Source of the DNA: Hormiphora californensis
Taxonomy: Eukaryota; Animalia; Ctenophora
Length of the DNA stretch: 64,000 bases
Assembly: GCA_020137815.1 (NCBI GenBank)
Contig: CM035359.1
Coordinates: forward strand, 248,001 to 312,000
Direction of reading: 5' to 3'
Position 1 is the first letter of the stretch. Each line of letters begins with the position of its first letter. Below the pieces are notes generated by a model, which saw nothing but the letters and a program-made list of their open reading frames with translations, was not told the DNA's origin and ran no database searches. A program made the translations under genes and the position numbers. Below are positions 37,183 through 49,000 of this stretch, one piece after another.

Positions 37183-37410
37183 GTAAAGTCGGATTTTTTG
37201 AAACTGTCACCCCCCTGGGTATTTTCAAATTTCGTAAATGACCATAAATCAGGTTCCTGACGAGATAGAGACTTGAAATTTGGAGGTTAAAAAGATCTTG
37301 CTAAGTTCTTCCGAACCTCCAAATTTCAAGTCTCTATCTTATCAGGAACCTGAGATATGGCAAATTTTGTTATTTCAGGGGGGTGACAGTTTCAAAAAAT
37401 CCGACTTTAC
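37183..37410. mobile_element. Small foldback MITE
   Basis: GTAAAGTCGGATTTTTTGAAACTGTCACCCCCCTG and its reverse complement; inner IR AGACTTGAAATTTGGAGGTT / AACCTCCAAATTTCAAGTCT. Confidence 0.75.
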
Positions 37411-37420
37411 CACTATTTAT

Positions 37421-40400
37421 ATTACAAGTTTACAAGTTTACAAGTTTACAAAATTAGATTCGGCATACAATGCATTATAAAGACAAATATACCACGTTCT
37501 CAGCATGATGCTTCTACGTACAATGATGTGAATGATGCAGTGACCAACATTCACTACCCAGGGGGGAGCAGTGTAACCAATGAGTTGTCGTTGGGACTCC
37601 TGTAGCCCCGAACTGGAGGGTGATCAGGTATACCATCCAGGAACTTGCCGAGAGAAACTTTGAGATCCTCTAGTGTTTCGCATCTTCGAACTTCTTTCGG
37701 CATCCTATTGAAGAGCTTGACTGACCTCACTGAGAATGATCCTTCCCTGATGGTCTCAATTGAATCTTGGGCCGAAGTGTAAAGGTCCGGGTATTCAGCT
37801 AGGAGACCTCGCCGTGGATGAACCTTGAATGACTCGTCCACGGGCCTGGTGGTATGGTTCGGGACGAGTCCATGATATACTTTCCAGAGATGGATTATCA
37901 TGAATCGCTCCCGTCGCCGTTGAAGTGACTGGATCCCCAGGAACTTGAGCCTCTCCCAGTAGTCCATCCCGATGCACTCCTCGATCCGCCGCGTAAAGAA
38001 TCTCTGGACTCCCTCGAGCTTAGCGATGTTACTAATCGTTGTGGGAGACCAGAGAGCCGAACAGTATTCTAGCTTTGGCCTGACCAATGCCTTGAAAAGT
38101 GTTATCATCGTTCGTTTCGACCGGTTTCTGAACACTCCGAGGGCCCATCCAGCGATCCTCTTGGCCTCTGTTGCGATGGTTGCGATGTGGAAATCGAACT
38201 TTCCATCCTCTGTCAGGTATATCCCAAGGTCTTTTACTCCGAATTCTGCTTCGATGATATCTCCGTTCGGGTTGAAGTAGAAATAGCATTCAGCATTGAA
38301 AGGTAGATCTCTCAGTGGCTTCGTGGAGTTTAACCTGTAGTTCAGGACCTGAAACTTTTTCTCGTGGAGAGCCATGTTGTTCTTCCGGCTCCACTCCTCT
38401 ATCAAGTTCAAGTCTCTCTGGAGGCTGTCCCTATCGTTCAGGTCCCTGATATCTTGACCAATCTTGGTATCATCAGCGAAAGTTCCAAGTTTTCCGGTCG
38501 TTCCTGATACCAGATCGGTAATGTAGATAATGAACAATAGTGGGCCCAAGACTGATCCTTGAATGACACTGCTGATCACCGCCTCCATCCTCGATCTGCA
38601 TCCTTCCAATACGACAGTCTGCGATCTTCCTGTGAGAAAAGCTTGTATCCACATGAACAGCTTCCCAGTTACTCCATACCTTTGAAGCTTTTGAAGAAGG
38701 ACTTGAATATCAACTTTGTCAAAAGCCTTCTCAAAATCTATGTAGGCTACGTCTACTTCTAGTCCACTGTTCAGACTCTCCAGAATCGTGTCGTAGTGTA
38801 ACAGTAGCTGTGTGAGACAGCTCCGACCAGCCCGAAAACCATGCTGCTCCTCATTCAGGATTCCACTGTTCTCCACGTAGTCCGAAAGTTGTGTCCTCAC
38901 TACTCTCTCAAATGTCTTGACCAGATGCGAAGTTAGTGCAACTGGGCGGTAGTTCTCTGGTTGACATTTGTTGCCCTTCTTGAAAATTGGGGCAATCTGC
39001 TGCTCCTTGAGTTGTTGAGGTATAAAGCCGGCCTCAAATGAGCGACTCCAGAGTTTCCATAACGGGTATGCCAGTACTCCTCTGCAGTCATGGAGAATCT
39101 TTGCGGGAATATCTCCATCCGGCGCAGCAGAATGAGGATTCAGTTCCGCAAGGGCCTCCTTGATAGTAGATGGGTTAAAGATGATTTCTGAGATGCTCTC
39201 CTGTCATTGAGCTATCCCCTCTAGGGCCTCGTCCGCATCAACTGTTGTTGGGTCACTGAAAACCTTGACATACTGGTCCTGAAGGAGTTCAGCTTTCAGG
39301 ACAGGGTCATCAGTCAGCGTGCCGTCTTCCTTCAGAAGGGGACCCACGTTTGTCTTGACTTTCCTCTTATTCTTGGCATAAGAGAAAAAGTACTTAGGGT
39401 TCTCCTTGATCTTCGAAACAGCTTCATCCTCTTCAGAGTTGATCTGCTGCAGAAGATGTTGTCGAATTTCTTCCACACATCTCTGTACACGAGCAAGTAG
39501 TTTCTCGATCCTTGACGGGCTTGCTTTCTCGCTCCTCCTCTTCTTGATCTGCCTATTTAGCCGTCTCCGCTTTGATTTTAATTTAATGAGTATCCTATCT
39601 TTCTCAGGATGCCTCCTAGGCCCTTTTTTCGTGGGCGAGTAATGGCAGGTCACCTGTAGGACTGTAAGGGTCAGGAGGTGAGTGAATGCGGTGATTGGAT
39701 CGTGATTCTCAGCTCTTTCACACTCATTCCACAAAACATCCCAATCAATCTCTCCCAATTTCTCTCGTATCATATTCATATCTCCCCTATGAAGGTTGAT
39801 ACCCGAAAAAGACTGAGGATCTAAAAGTCCCTTTTTACCCTCAGATCTCCGTGTCAGGTTATAACCCAACACTCCTGTAACAGTCTTGTGATCAGAGATT
39901 ATCTCTGTCTCCTCTACGTCCGTAAACACAAAATAGTTTGGCCTATTCGTGAGGATAATATCAAGAACATTCGACCCCCTCGTTGGTTTCACCACTACTT
40001 GGGTCAGGAAATTCGCTTGACAGAATACATCCGTCGATGCACAGTTCCGATCTCCCTCGATGTGCTCCCAATTATGATGAGGGAGGTTTAGGTCTCCCAG
40101 TATGAATAAATCAGGCGCCGCCTTTCCCCTGGAACATTTCTCGATGAAGCCCTCGAGCACCTCTAGCAAGTAGTGATACTCTCCAGTTCGGTAGATGGAC
40201 CCAATCACGGTGTGTGAATTAGACAGATACACCGCCGCGACATTATTGTTGTCGTCTCCCCAGGAAAAGTCCTCTGTAACTGTGAGAGAGTTGTTGATGT
40301 AGAGTGCTGAACCTCCTCCTCCTCTTGTCTCGCGATCCGATCTGTAGAGCGAGTAACCCGGGACATTGACTTCTGCGTCACAGACTCTGCCATCCCACCA

Positions 40401-40725
40401 GGTTTCCGTCAGGGCTAAAGCCATGATTGGGAAGTCTGGGTCAGTCAGTTGGTCCCGTATATACCTCATTTTCCACTTCACGCTGCTAGCAGCCGAGGGG
40501 TTGAGGCTCCTGCCGTTGATGAGGAGCAGCTTGGAGAAGTCTATCCTGCTCCCCATTCCGGCTGGACAAGCTGCCTTTATGTTCGCTGGCTCTGTGTCAG
40601 CTGTATTCCCGGAGGGAGCTGCAGCGAAACGTTGGTTGGAGAAGTGGCTTGATGCATCCCGACTTCTCTCGCCACTAGAGCCGGAAGGGATTCCGTTAGC
40701 CTCTGGAGGCCAATATCGGCCGACC
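37421..40725 (-). mobile_element. CR1-group LINE, 5'-truncated; ORF2 (APE endonuclease + RT, 37554-40556) with one in-frame TGA at 39204-39206
   Basis: APE motifs LTETW, GGGSALY, GDLNLP, LDIILTN, SDH; RT motifs NYRPVALTS, QHGFRAGRSC, DFEKAFDKV, QGSVLGPLLF, FADDTK; 3' (TTGTAAAC)n tail at 37421-37452. Confidence 0.93.
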
Positions 40726-41067
40726 CCCCCTCCTTATATAATATATAAAATTTTTATTCAAATTTTTGGCTGCACCGCGCGGCGACGGTCGCAGAGATAA
40801 TCCAAAAAGTTTTGCGCGTTACGTTCACCATTGGCGCGCGCTTTTCTTTTGGGCGAGAATTTCCCTCGTCCGCGTTTTTTTCAAATCGCGGTTTGCGTTT
40901 TGAATTTTCATTTTTGATTTTGCCTTTGGCATGCGCTGCAGACCCCAAGTGCGCGCGTTTTCCACGGCTTCTAGGGCATAGGCCAAATTTTGCCTTTTCG
41001 ACTTCCCTTCTGTTGAAAGTTGAAAGTTTAAACTTTTGTTCTCTCGCGCTTTTATTTTTTTCTGGGT

Positions 41068-42183
41068 AACTACAGACCTGTCAGCAACCTACCATTCCTT
41101 GGCAAGCTCATTGAAAAGTGTGCAGCTGATCAGTTCGTCAAGCATCTGGAGGATAACAACCTTCTATCGAGACATCAATCTGCATATAGACAGCATAAAA
41201 GCTGTGAAACTGCCACCCTACGCATATTTGACGATTTGCTAACACTGACGGACGAAAGATCGAAGGTGGTGCTCCTGTTATTAGACTTGAGTGCGGCTTT
41301 CGATACGGTGAACCACTCGACACTCCTCAAACGATTGGAGCAGCTATATGGTGTCAGTGATACCTCTCTTGACTGGTTCCGGAGTTACCTTACGGGTAGG
41401 GGTGCTTCTGTGATGGTGGGTGAGTTGAAATCGGCTTTTACTGAGTTGACTATTGGAGTGCCTCAGGGATCGATTCTGGGTCCTATTCTGTTCATATGCT
41501 ACACGAAGGAGCTGGAACTAATTGCTGAGAAACACGGAGTAGGTATTCATTTTTACGCAGATGATACCCAGGTATACGCTGCATATTCAGCGGATGACTT
41601 CTCTGATATTGAACAGAAGTTGCAGGCCTGCATTTCGGATATACAGGCCTGGCTCACGACTAATTTTCTCCAACTGAACCCTACAAAGACTGAAGTTATG
41701 ATCCTATCTCCCAGAGGAAGTACCTCTGTAGACTCAGTACAGCTGTTCAAAGAGGGCACACCCACTGTGGTCACCAACTCGGCAAGGAATCTGGGGGTGT
41801 ACTTTGACTCTAAACTCTCCATGGATGAACATGTGTTGAAGGTGGTCAATGCATGTAAGTCCACTCTGGTTAATTTATGGAGAATCGCCGGGAAGTTGTC
41901 GCGAAGACTAAGAACATTACTAGTCTGCAGCTTGATCCACTCCAAAATGGATTACTGTAACTCCCTGATGACCGGAATGACAAAGAAGAACGTACAAGAG
42001 CTTCAAAAGATCCAAAATGCCGCATCACGTTTCATCTATGGCCAGAGGCGTTGGCGAGGTACGACCCAGCTACGGAAGGAGCTTCATTTCCTCCCGGTCT
42101 CTGAGCGAATTGAGTATAAAACCTGTGTTCTGGTATTCAAATGCTTAAACGGACTTGCACCCGACTATCTTAGTGGGAGTTGA
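41068..42183 (+). mobile_element. L2-clade LINE reverse transcriptase fragment, truncated at both ends
   Basis: NYRPVSNLPFLGKLIEK, QSAYR..SCETA, LLDLSAAFDTVNH, GVPQGSILGPILF, YADDTQ, LQLNPTKTE, DYCNSL. Confidence 0.92.
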
Positions 42184-42340
42184 TTGGTTTCTTTTTTGTG
42201 ACGGATCCCCAGAACTCGGTAAAAAAAGAGCCTGGGTTAAAAAATCAAAAAAGCAAAGAAAAAAAAGAATTAAAAAAATTTAAAAAAAAATCAAAAAATC
42301 AAAAAATCAAAAAATCAAAAAGAGGCAATAATAAAAAGAA

Positions 42341-42375
<35 letters not shown>

Positions 42376-42409
42376 CCCACCCTTCTTTCTCTCAACCTCT
42401 TTTCTTCTA

Positions 42410-42451
<42 letters not shown>

Positions 42452-43239
42452 TTGTGTGTGCGTGTGTGTGTATGTTTGTATGTATGTGTGTGTTTGTTCT
42501 CTTTCTCGAGCGGTTAAGGGAACAGGATCTTCACTTCATCTGGACCTTATTTGGCATGGTTCCCAAGAAGTTTCACTCTATCACGGCCATGGGCCAAACT
42601 GGTAAACGGACTTTCACTCAGGTTGTATATTTCTGTATCATTGCTCGGCTTTTTACCTAGGTTTGGGTATAGTCCAATTTTCTACTCGAGTGGCGGGGTG
42701 CCGGGCACTTAATTCTTTTCTCTGGTCTTGTCTTGGTGGTATGGGGCTTGATCCTGGTATCACTGGATAGGTCTCTGCCTTGTCGAGCGTCACTGGTTCA
42801 GCCAGTTTCACATCTGTTTAGCGAGTTGGTGTGTGGCGACCTGTCGCTTGAGTGGGAAATTGGACTTTAGTTTGTATTTTGCTATCTTTGGATCCCTTGA
42901 TCCAAGAGCGTTTTATATCTTTCTGAACTGCATTTGCAGTTGTGGTTGCTCTTTCAATTTTCGTTTCATGTAGAAATCTATCAACTCTCTATTCACAGGA
43001 TATCACATCACTATGTTGCCAAAAGGGATTTGAAGTCTTATCGTTCACTATCATACTCTGCAAGACACGAGTAAACCATTTTTCAAGACCAAGCTCAACA
43101 TTAAACCTGATTAAGACCTCATCTTTTCCATGACGTGCACACCTTATTGAGACTGGTGTAGTAATTTTTTACGTTGAGATCTATGGCCTCTGTTGCGCTA
43201 TATTTTTCTAGACTTTTGTATGATTCTATCTTGTGGATA

Positions 43240-43508
43240 TTCAGTGTTCAGTTTATGCTGTTTTGATTAACTTATTAACTATTTATTAATTATATGTGAC
43301 AGTTTATGCTGTTTTTTAATTAACTTATTAACTATGTATTTAATTATATGACAAAGAGGACTTTCGGAAGGACATTCATACGAAGATGCGCTTTAGAAAG
43401 CGAGTTTTGATCGAAAGGACGCTTTAGTATAAGTCGATCGAGATAAACACTTTTCGCTCAAAAGCGATTTATAAATGTTAAATGTTATTGTTATTGTTAT
43501 TGTTATTT
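43240..43508 (+). mobile_element. L2-type LINE 3' end with (GTTATT)n tail
   Basis: Inverted twin of 36115-36331; same orientation as the upstream L2 RT fragment. Confidence 0.65.
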
Positions 43509-43922
43509 TATTGAAAGCCAAGAGCTCTCAGAATCAAGCTCTCAGCACCAAGAAAAACTCCCTGAAAATAGCTTCTTATTTCTTGTTTTGACAATCCAAC
43601 AATCTCCCCGAGGCGCACAAGAGCCTGCAGCACTCCTTTTACGTGCGATGCAGGCCCATGTACGAGAGATTTTGACAGCTACAGGGAATTGAACTCGACC
43701 TTGTATATCTGAGCTTTCACCTACCATTAGGTACTCTCCCAACAAGGCGTCCAGGTTGGGTTTGAGCGAACAAAAAACTTAAAACCTGCTCAGGAGTCTC
43801 CTATCGTGTCATAGATTTTCGAGATACTAGTAAATTGTTGTATTGTAAATTGCTGTACTGTAAGTTGCTCAAGAGTCACGAAAAAAGTATTGTTGTTGTA
43901 TAATTTCGAGGTGATTTTGAAA

Positions 43923-45272
43923 GGGGGGGGGGGGGCGCGTGAATTTAATATCCATGTCCTAAATAAACACGTCCGACTTTAATGTCCCTGGGACATTAAA
44001 GGACATTAAAAGACATTAAAAGACATTAAAGGACATTTAATTAAAACATGAATTTTCAGCTATTATTAAACTAAAATGGTGTTTTCAACCACTTAATATT
44101 TACTCATAATGTCCCCTCTATCGATTCCAACCAATACCATAGATGTTGGCGGTGATTAAGCCTCATTTTAGGGTGGCCCGGTACCTCTAAGCGAACCCTG
44201 GAAATTTTGAAATTTTGGACTAAATGTCAAGGTTTTAAAGTGAAAATAGCCCCGATTTTGATGAAACTTAGTCAGAATGGTCTTTGGTGTCTAATTAGAA
44301 GTCAAAAAAATTTTAAGTGCTCAAATCCTAAATTTAGGTTTTTCTAGGTTTTTTAGGTTTTTTAGGTTTTTTTGGCTTTCAGGAACGTCCTAAAACAAAA
44401 TAAATAAAATCATCTTTCTCGGCGTGAAATTCTGCATCGATTATAGTGGCTATAAACCTTTCTATGACGTAGTCGTAAGGTTCAGAAGTTATCCCAAAAA
44501 ACCAAACGGGTATGCTTCATGTGGTAAGGTTTTTTAGGTTTTATTCGATTTCCTCATCAATACACGTCGATTGAGTACCTGTAACATGTTGTTCTGACAA
44601 GAGGTTCGCCCGTTAGCCTAAAACATGTACCCGCCCCTATAACATGTACCCGTTTGGGATTTTTTCGGGATAACCTTACGTCATAGAAAGGTTTATAGCC
44701 ACTAAAATCGATGCAGAATTTCACGCTGAGAAAGATGGTTCTATTAATTTTGTTCTAGGACGTTCCTGAAACCAATAAAAGCCAAAAAACCTTAAAAACC
44801 TAAAAATCGTAAATTTAGGATTTGAGCACTAACTTTTTTGATTTCTAATTAGACACCAAACACTATTCTGACCAATTTTCATCAAAATCGGGGCTGTTCT
44901 CTCTCACTGTAATGCCTTCGGTGTCTTCTCTACTCGTTTCATAAGATTATTTTGAGAGATCTTCTAGGCTAGAAATATGCACATGTAAAAAAGGTACCGC
45001 ACCCACGTCCCACGCAAAAGCAAGCCTAATCACCACTGAACATTTATGAACATTCATTGGAATCGAAAGAGGGGACCTTTAGTAGTACACTGGTGGTTAA
45101 CATGTTTGGTAACACATTTTGAAATGGTTTTTGGAAGTTATAATTTAATGTCTTTTAATGTCTTTTAATGTCCTTTAATGTCTTTTAATGTCCTAAATAA
45201 ACACGGGCAATTTAATGTCCCAAAAATCAAGGGACATTAAAGGACATTTTAATACGCGGGCCCCCCCCCCCC
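43923..45272. mobile_element. Non-autonomous DNA element with oligo-G/C termini and 8-bp TSD
   Basis: TTTTGAAA|G-run ... C-run|TTTTGAAA; subterminal (AAAGACATTA)n repeats; internal IR about 44250-44500 vs 44660-44895; an isolated end fragment at about 47058-47094. Confidence 0.85.
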
Positions 45273-45618
45273 TTTTGAAATCTTTCTGCTCTGAGTGAAA
45301 CCTGCCGCCGGACTTCCCAAAAATGTGTTCGGTTGGTCTGAAGAATCGATACCATTCTCCCATCAACTTTTATTCGTAGAATGTAGATGAATAATTCTTA
45401 TTCAACTGTTGAATAGATTATGAATAAGCACTGTTTTTGTAACAACAAAATGAACAATTCAGGTTGTTTAGGTAAATTGTTTTGTTTCAACAAAACAAAG
45501 GTAAATACGATTTATTGCACTATTCCCATTTTTAGGGCATGTAAAAGACTATGTGCCAGTCCATTCGACAGGGTTTCCTTAACGACTTAGAATTCCTCAT
45601 CGCAGTACGTATACCAAC

Positions 45619-45727
45619 CAGGAACCAACCGAATCATGAAATACTGGTCCCTGATTGGCTGATAACCAGCCACGTGACCTAAATAACGAGTTCTGATTGG
45701 TTGTTTACTTGTTTCGGTCGGTTCCTG
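45619..45727. mobile_element. 109-bp hAT-like MITE
   Basis: ATACCAAC|CAGGAACCAACCGAA ... TTCGGTCGGTTCCTG|ATACCAAC: exact 8-bp TSD and CAG termini. Confidence 0.9.
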
Positions 45728-46015
45728 ATACCAACCAAACCGAATTGAAAACTAACTTACTCCATTTCACTTCTGACTTTTCTTCTTATATGTATCATAC
45801 AAATCACATTCACGCAACTATTATATAACTTGTTCATTGCAATATAGTTATATAGTACCGTGCTGCGAGTTATTTCGAATCATTTACCATCCCCACTATG
45901 TATTCCACAGAATCACTCTGGTGCAATCGACCAAGATATATTTAGTGACACGTTCATCTGTAATCACAGATTCATTATTTTAAGATTGAACTTTAATTCC
46001 TTTATTTGCTTTCAG

Positions 46016-49000
46016 AAGAATTCTTTGCAGCAGAGTTTTCAGCCAGCCTTCAGTTTAAACCTTTTTGCTAATCTAAGCGACCATTTCTATCAACGAACAG
46101 GTACACCTCTTTGTCTTTTTTAAAGATAGTGAGTATTATAGACATATTATATTTGTTTTCTCATTACACTATTTGCTTCTGAGCTTCAAAAAAGATTTGT
46201 TTCAGATGCCCGGCCCCAGGAGGAGCAGTTTGGAGGGGTTGGATCGGTTCTATGGCAGCCCCAACAGCAGCTACCACCTCCACAAACCCCGATAACCTAC
46301 ATTTCCTCTTCCTCTTCCTCCTCCTCCTCCTCTTCCTCATCCTCCTCCCCCACTCTCCACGAGAGCCACAACTCGTATGATTTCTCGGTATGTATTCTGG
46401 GGAAAGGGAATTTAGCCTGGTACAATAATAAACAGCTAGGCTACTTACTTCTGTTACTTCTTTGTCGTTCGCTGGCTAATGCTCGCCCGAAATTTAAGTT
46501 ACTAACAAGGCTTCACTTCGCATCAAATCAAAGTAACCGGATCAAGTTTTTCGTAGATCCCATCCAATCAAAAGCATGCTGCATGAAGGAAATTTTTTGG
46601 TTGGATGCGAAATGAAGGAGCTGTGACAATGCACAAAATGGCTAGCGTGCGACTTTTGGCACGTGCTCCTTTAGAGTAGACATGAAAGAGAGTAAGTGCT
46701 CCTACTAGTAGTTTAGAGAGACGGGGATCAGAGGTTGTTGTGCTGTGACTGGATCGCATGCCTCCCCAGTTCCCACACGGGAGCAATGAATTCAGTGCAG
46801 CACATAGATGTAGACATATATACCTCATGGAAAAAAAGGGGACGTCTAGCCGCCCTAACAGGCGCCTATTAGTTTTGCTAATGTCATTAGGGGATTTAAG
46901 TATCACACATTTTAACGGGATTAAATTCCTTTCCCTTAGATAACATGCAATAAAAATATTTCGCGCTTATAAACTATACCCGACGGAAACATTTCAAAAC
47001 ATAATATGTACGATACTTACATTGTAAGAACTTATAATATATTGTAAGAATGTAATCGAGGGACATTAAAGGACATTTTAATACGCCCCCCCCCTCTTAT
47101 ATTGTAAGAACTTGTAATATTGTAAGAATGGTTATAACTTCCGATGTGACAGCTTCCACTGTGTTGCCTGCCGCGGAGTGATTATACGGAGATCGGTTAG
47201 AGTCTCGCGGCATGTTCCGAACCATGTTGTCAGACATTGATAACAAGATGGTTCGGAACATGCCGCGAGACTTTAACCGATCTTCGTATATGTTACAACT
47301 TCTCCTTTCTTCCTCTCACCTCACTTTTTCTTCCCCTCTTGTTACTTCTGTGCATGTTTCTCTGTGTCTTTCTCTGTTTATTTTTCACTCTGTCGAGAGA
47401 TCTCTGCTCATCGATCTTTCTCTGCGTCTCTCTCTCCATCTATCTCTATGTCAACGAACTAATACAGCTACGTATATCTCTATCTCTCTTTTCCCATTTT
47501 CTGTTTTTCATGGAAAATGTGCAAGCCTGCGAACGTCAAAAACTAAGCACATTTTCCATTTCACAAGGCTGAGAATTGAGTGTGTTTGTCTGTAAGTTTG
47601 TCCGTGAGTGTCAAAATGGTGATAAAAAGATTACACATTTTCAGGGGGAGTTAGTTCGACCTCCGCAACGGCCGAAATCACAAAAATTGAACCTAAAGAT
47701 CATCGGAATCCAGGGATATCAACAACCAGGTAAATTATACTGTGGTTACCATGGTAACGTATAATTACCATAGTAACTTATAATTTAAACCATTATATTA
47801 AGATGATAACATGAATTGGTTACCAAAGCAGTAACCTGATTCTTGAAGTGTGACACTTTGAACGGGATTTACTTGTTTTATAAATATTTTCCATGGAAAA
47901 TGGTTCAACCCTATAAAGAATATACACAGTAGTTACCTAGAACATTCCTCCCACGAGTGACATGTGAGAAGCCTATACTAAGGAGCTCACCGGCCTCTCA
48001 ACCACCTGCTACACCCGGCATGATTCTAGAGTTTTCTAAATAATCCTTCCAAGAACATGTCGATATATTACTCGGGGAATCATTGAGTCGGAAAAAATAG
48101 GGAGAGAAAACCTAATCTTTTGCGGCGTTACGTTGTTCTTTCCTAAGAGATTATATATGCGGTGAGAGTCCCTCTCTGGCTTATATAATGTAATATGCGA
48201 AATATGCGGGGAGCGTCGAGAGGGGGAGCGGGAGAGAAAGGTGGTGATAGAGAGTTAGGAAATGTGAATGAGAGAGAGAGAGGAAGAAAGAAAAAGGGGG
48301 GGGAGGTTGGAGAAAAAGGAAGAAAGTGTGAAACGAGGAATATTATGCGATGGCTCTATATATTATATTTATATATATGTGTTCCCAGCGAGGAATGAAA
48401 CAAAAATACGTGTAATATCACGAGATTGTAGCCACCTAATAAACCCGGATCAGCACAAGGAAATGCAGAGAATAAATAAATGGGGAATAATCGCCCTCTT
48501 CTTTCTTTTTTATCCCCGATTTAATTATAGCTGTATAGCACTGTCAATCGACCATGCCACCCCTCCACCCACTTATAAATTGGGCCTGGGCAGATCTAAA
48601 TATTCTGATAGTCGAATTTTATGGCATTTAATACATACTTAAATAATAAAATTAAAATAACCCAAAAATAATAAAAATAAATATAATACATATGTAAAAT
48701 ATATAATATGTAAATATTATGTGTTTCGGTTGAAATTCTTGCCATTTTTGGTCAAATTGACTGTCCTGCACCCGCTAAGCAAACGCAAAGGGATGACGAT
48801 GAAGTTCTTTAAGGGTACGCTAACCAAAAATTTTTTTCGAGTGCAGGGAAATCTCTCACCGCAGGGTTGTAGGCCATGCCAAGGAGACCTCAAATATGCA
48901 ATTTTAGCCCTCAAGTCGAATTCATATTTTTGCTACAGCCGTTTTAAAATCGTCTTGAAAATTTCTGAAAAGACGTTTTTGACACCCTAAAAATACATTT

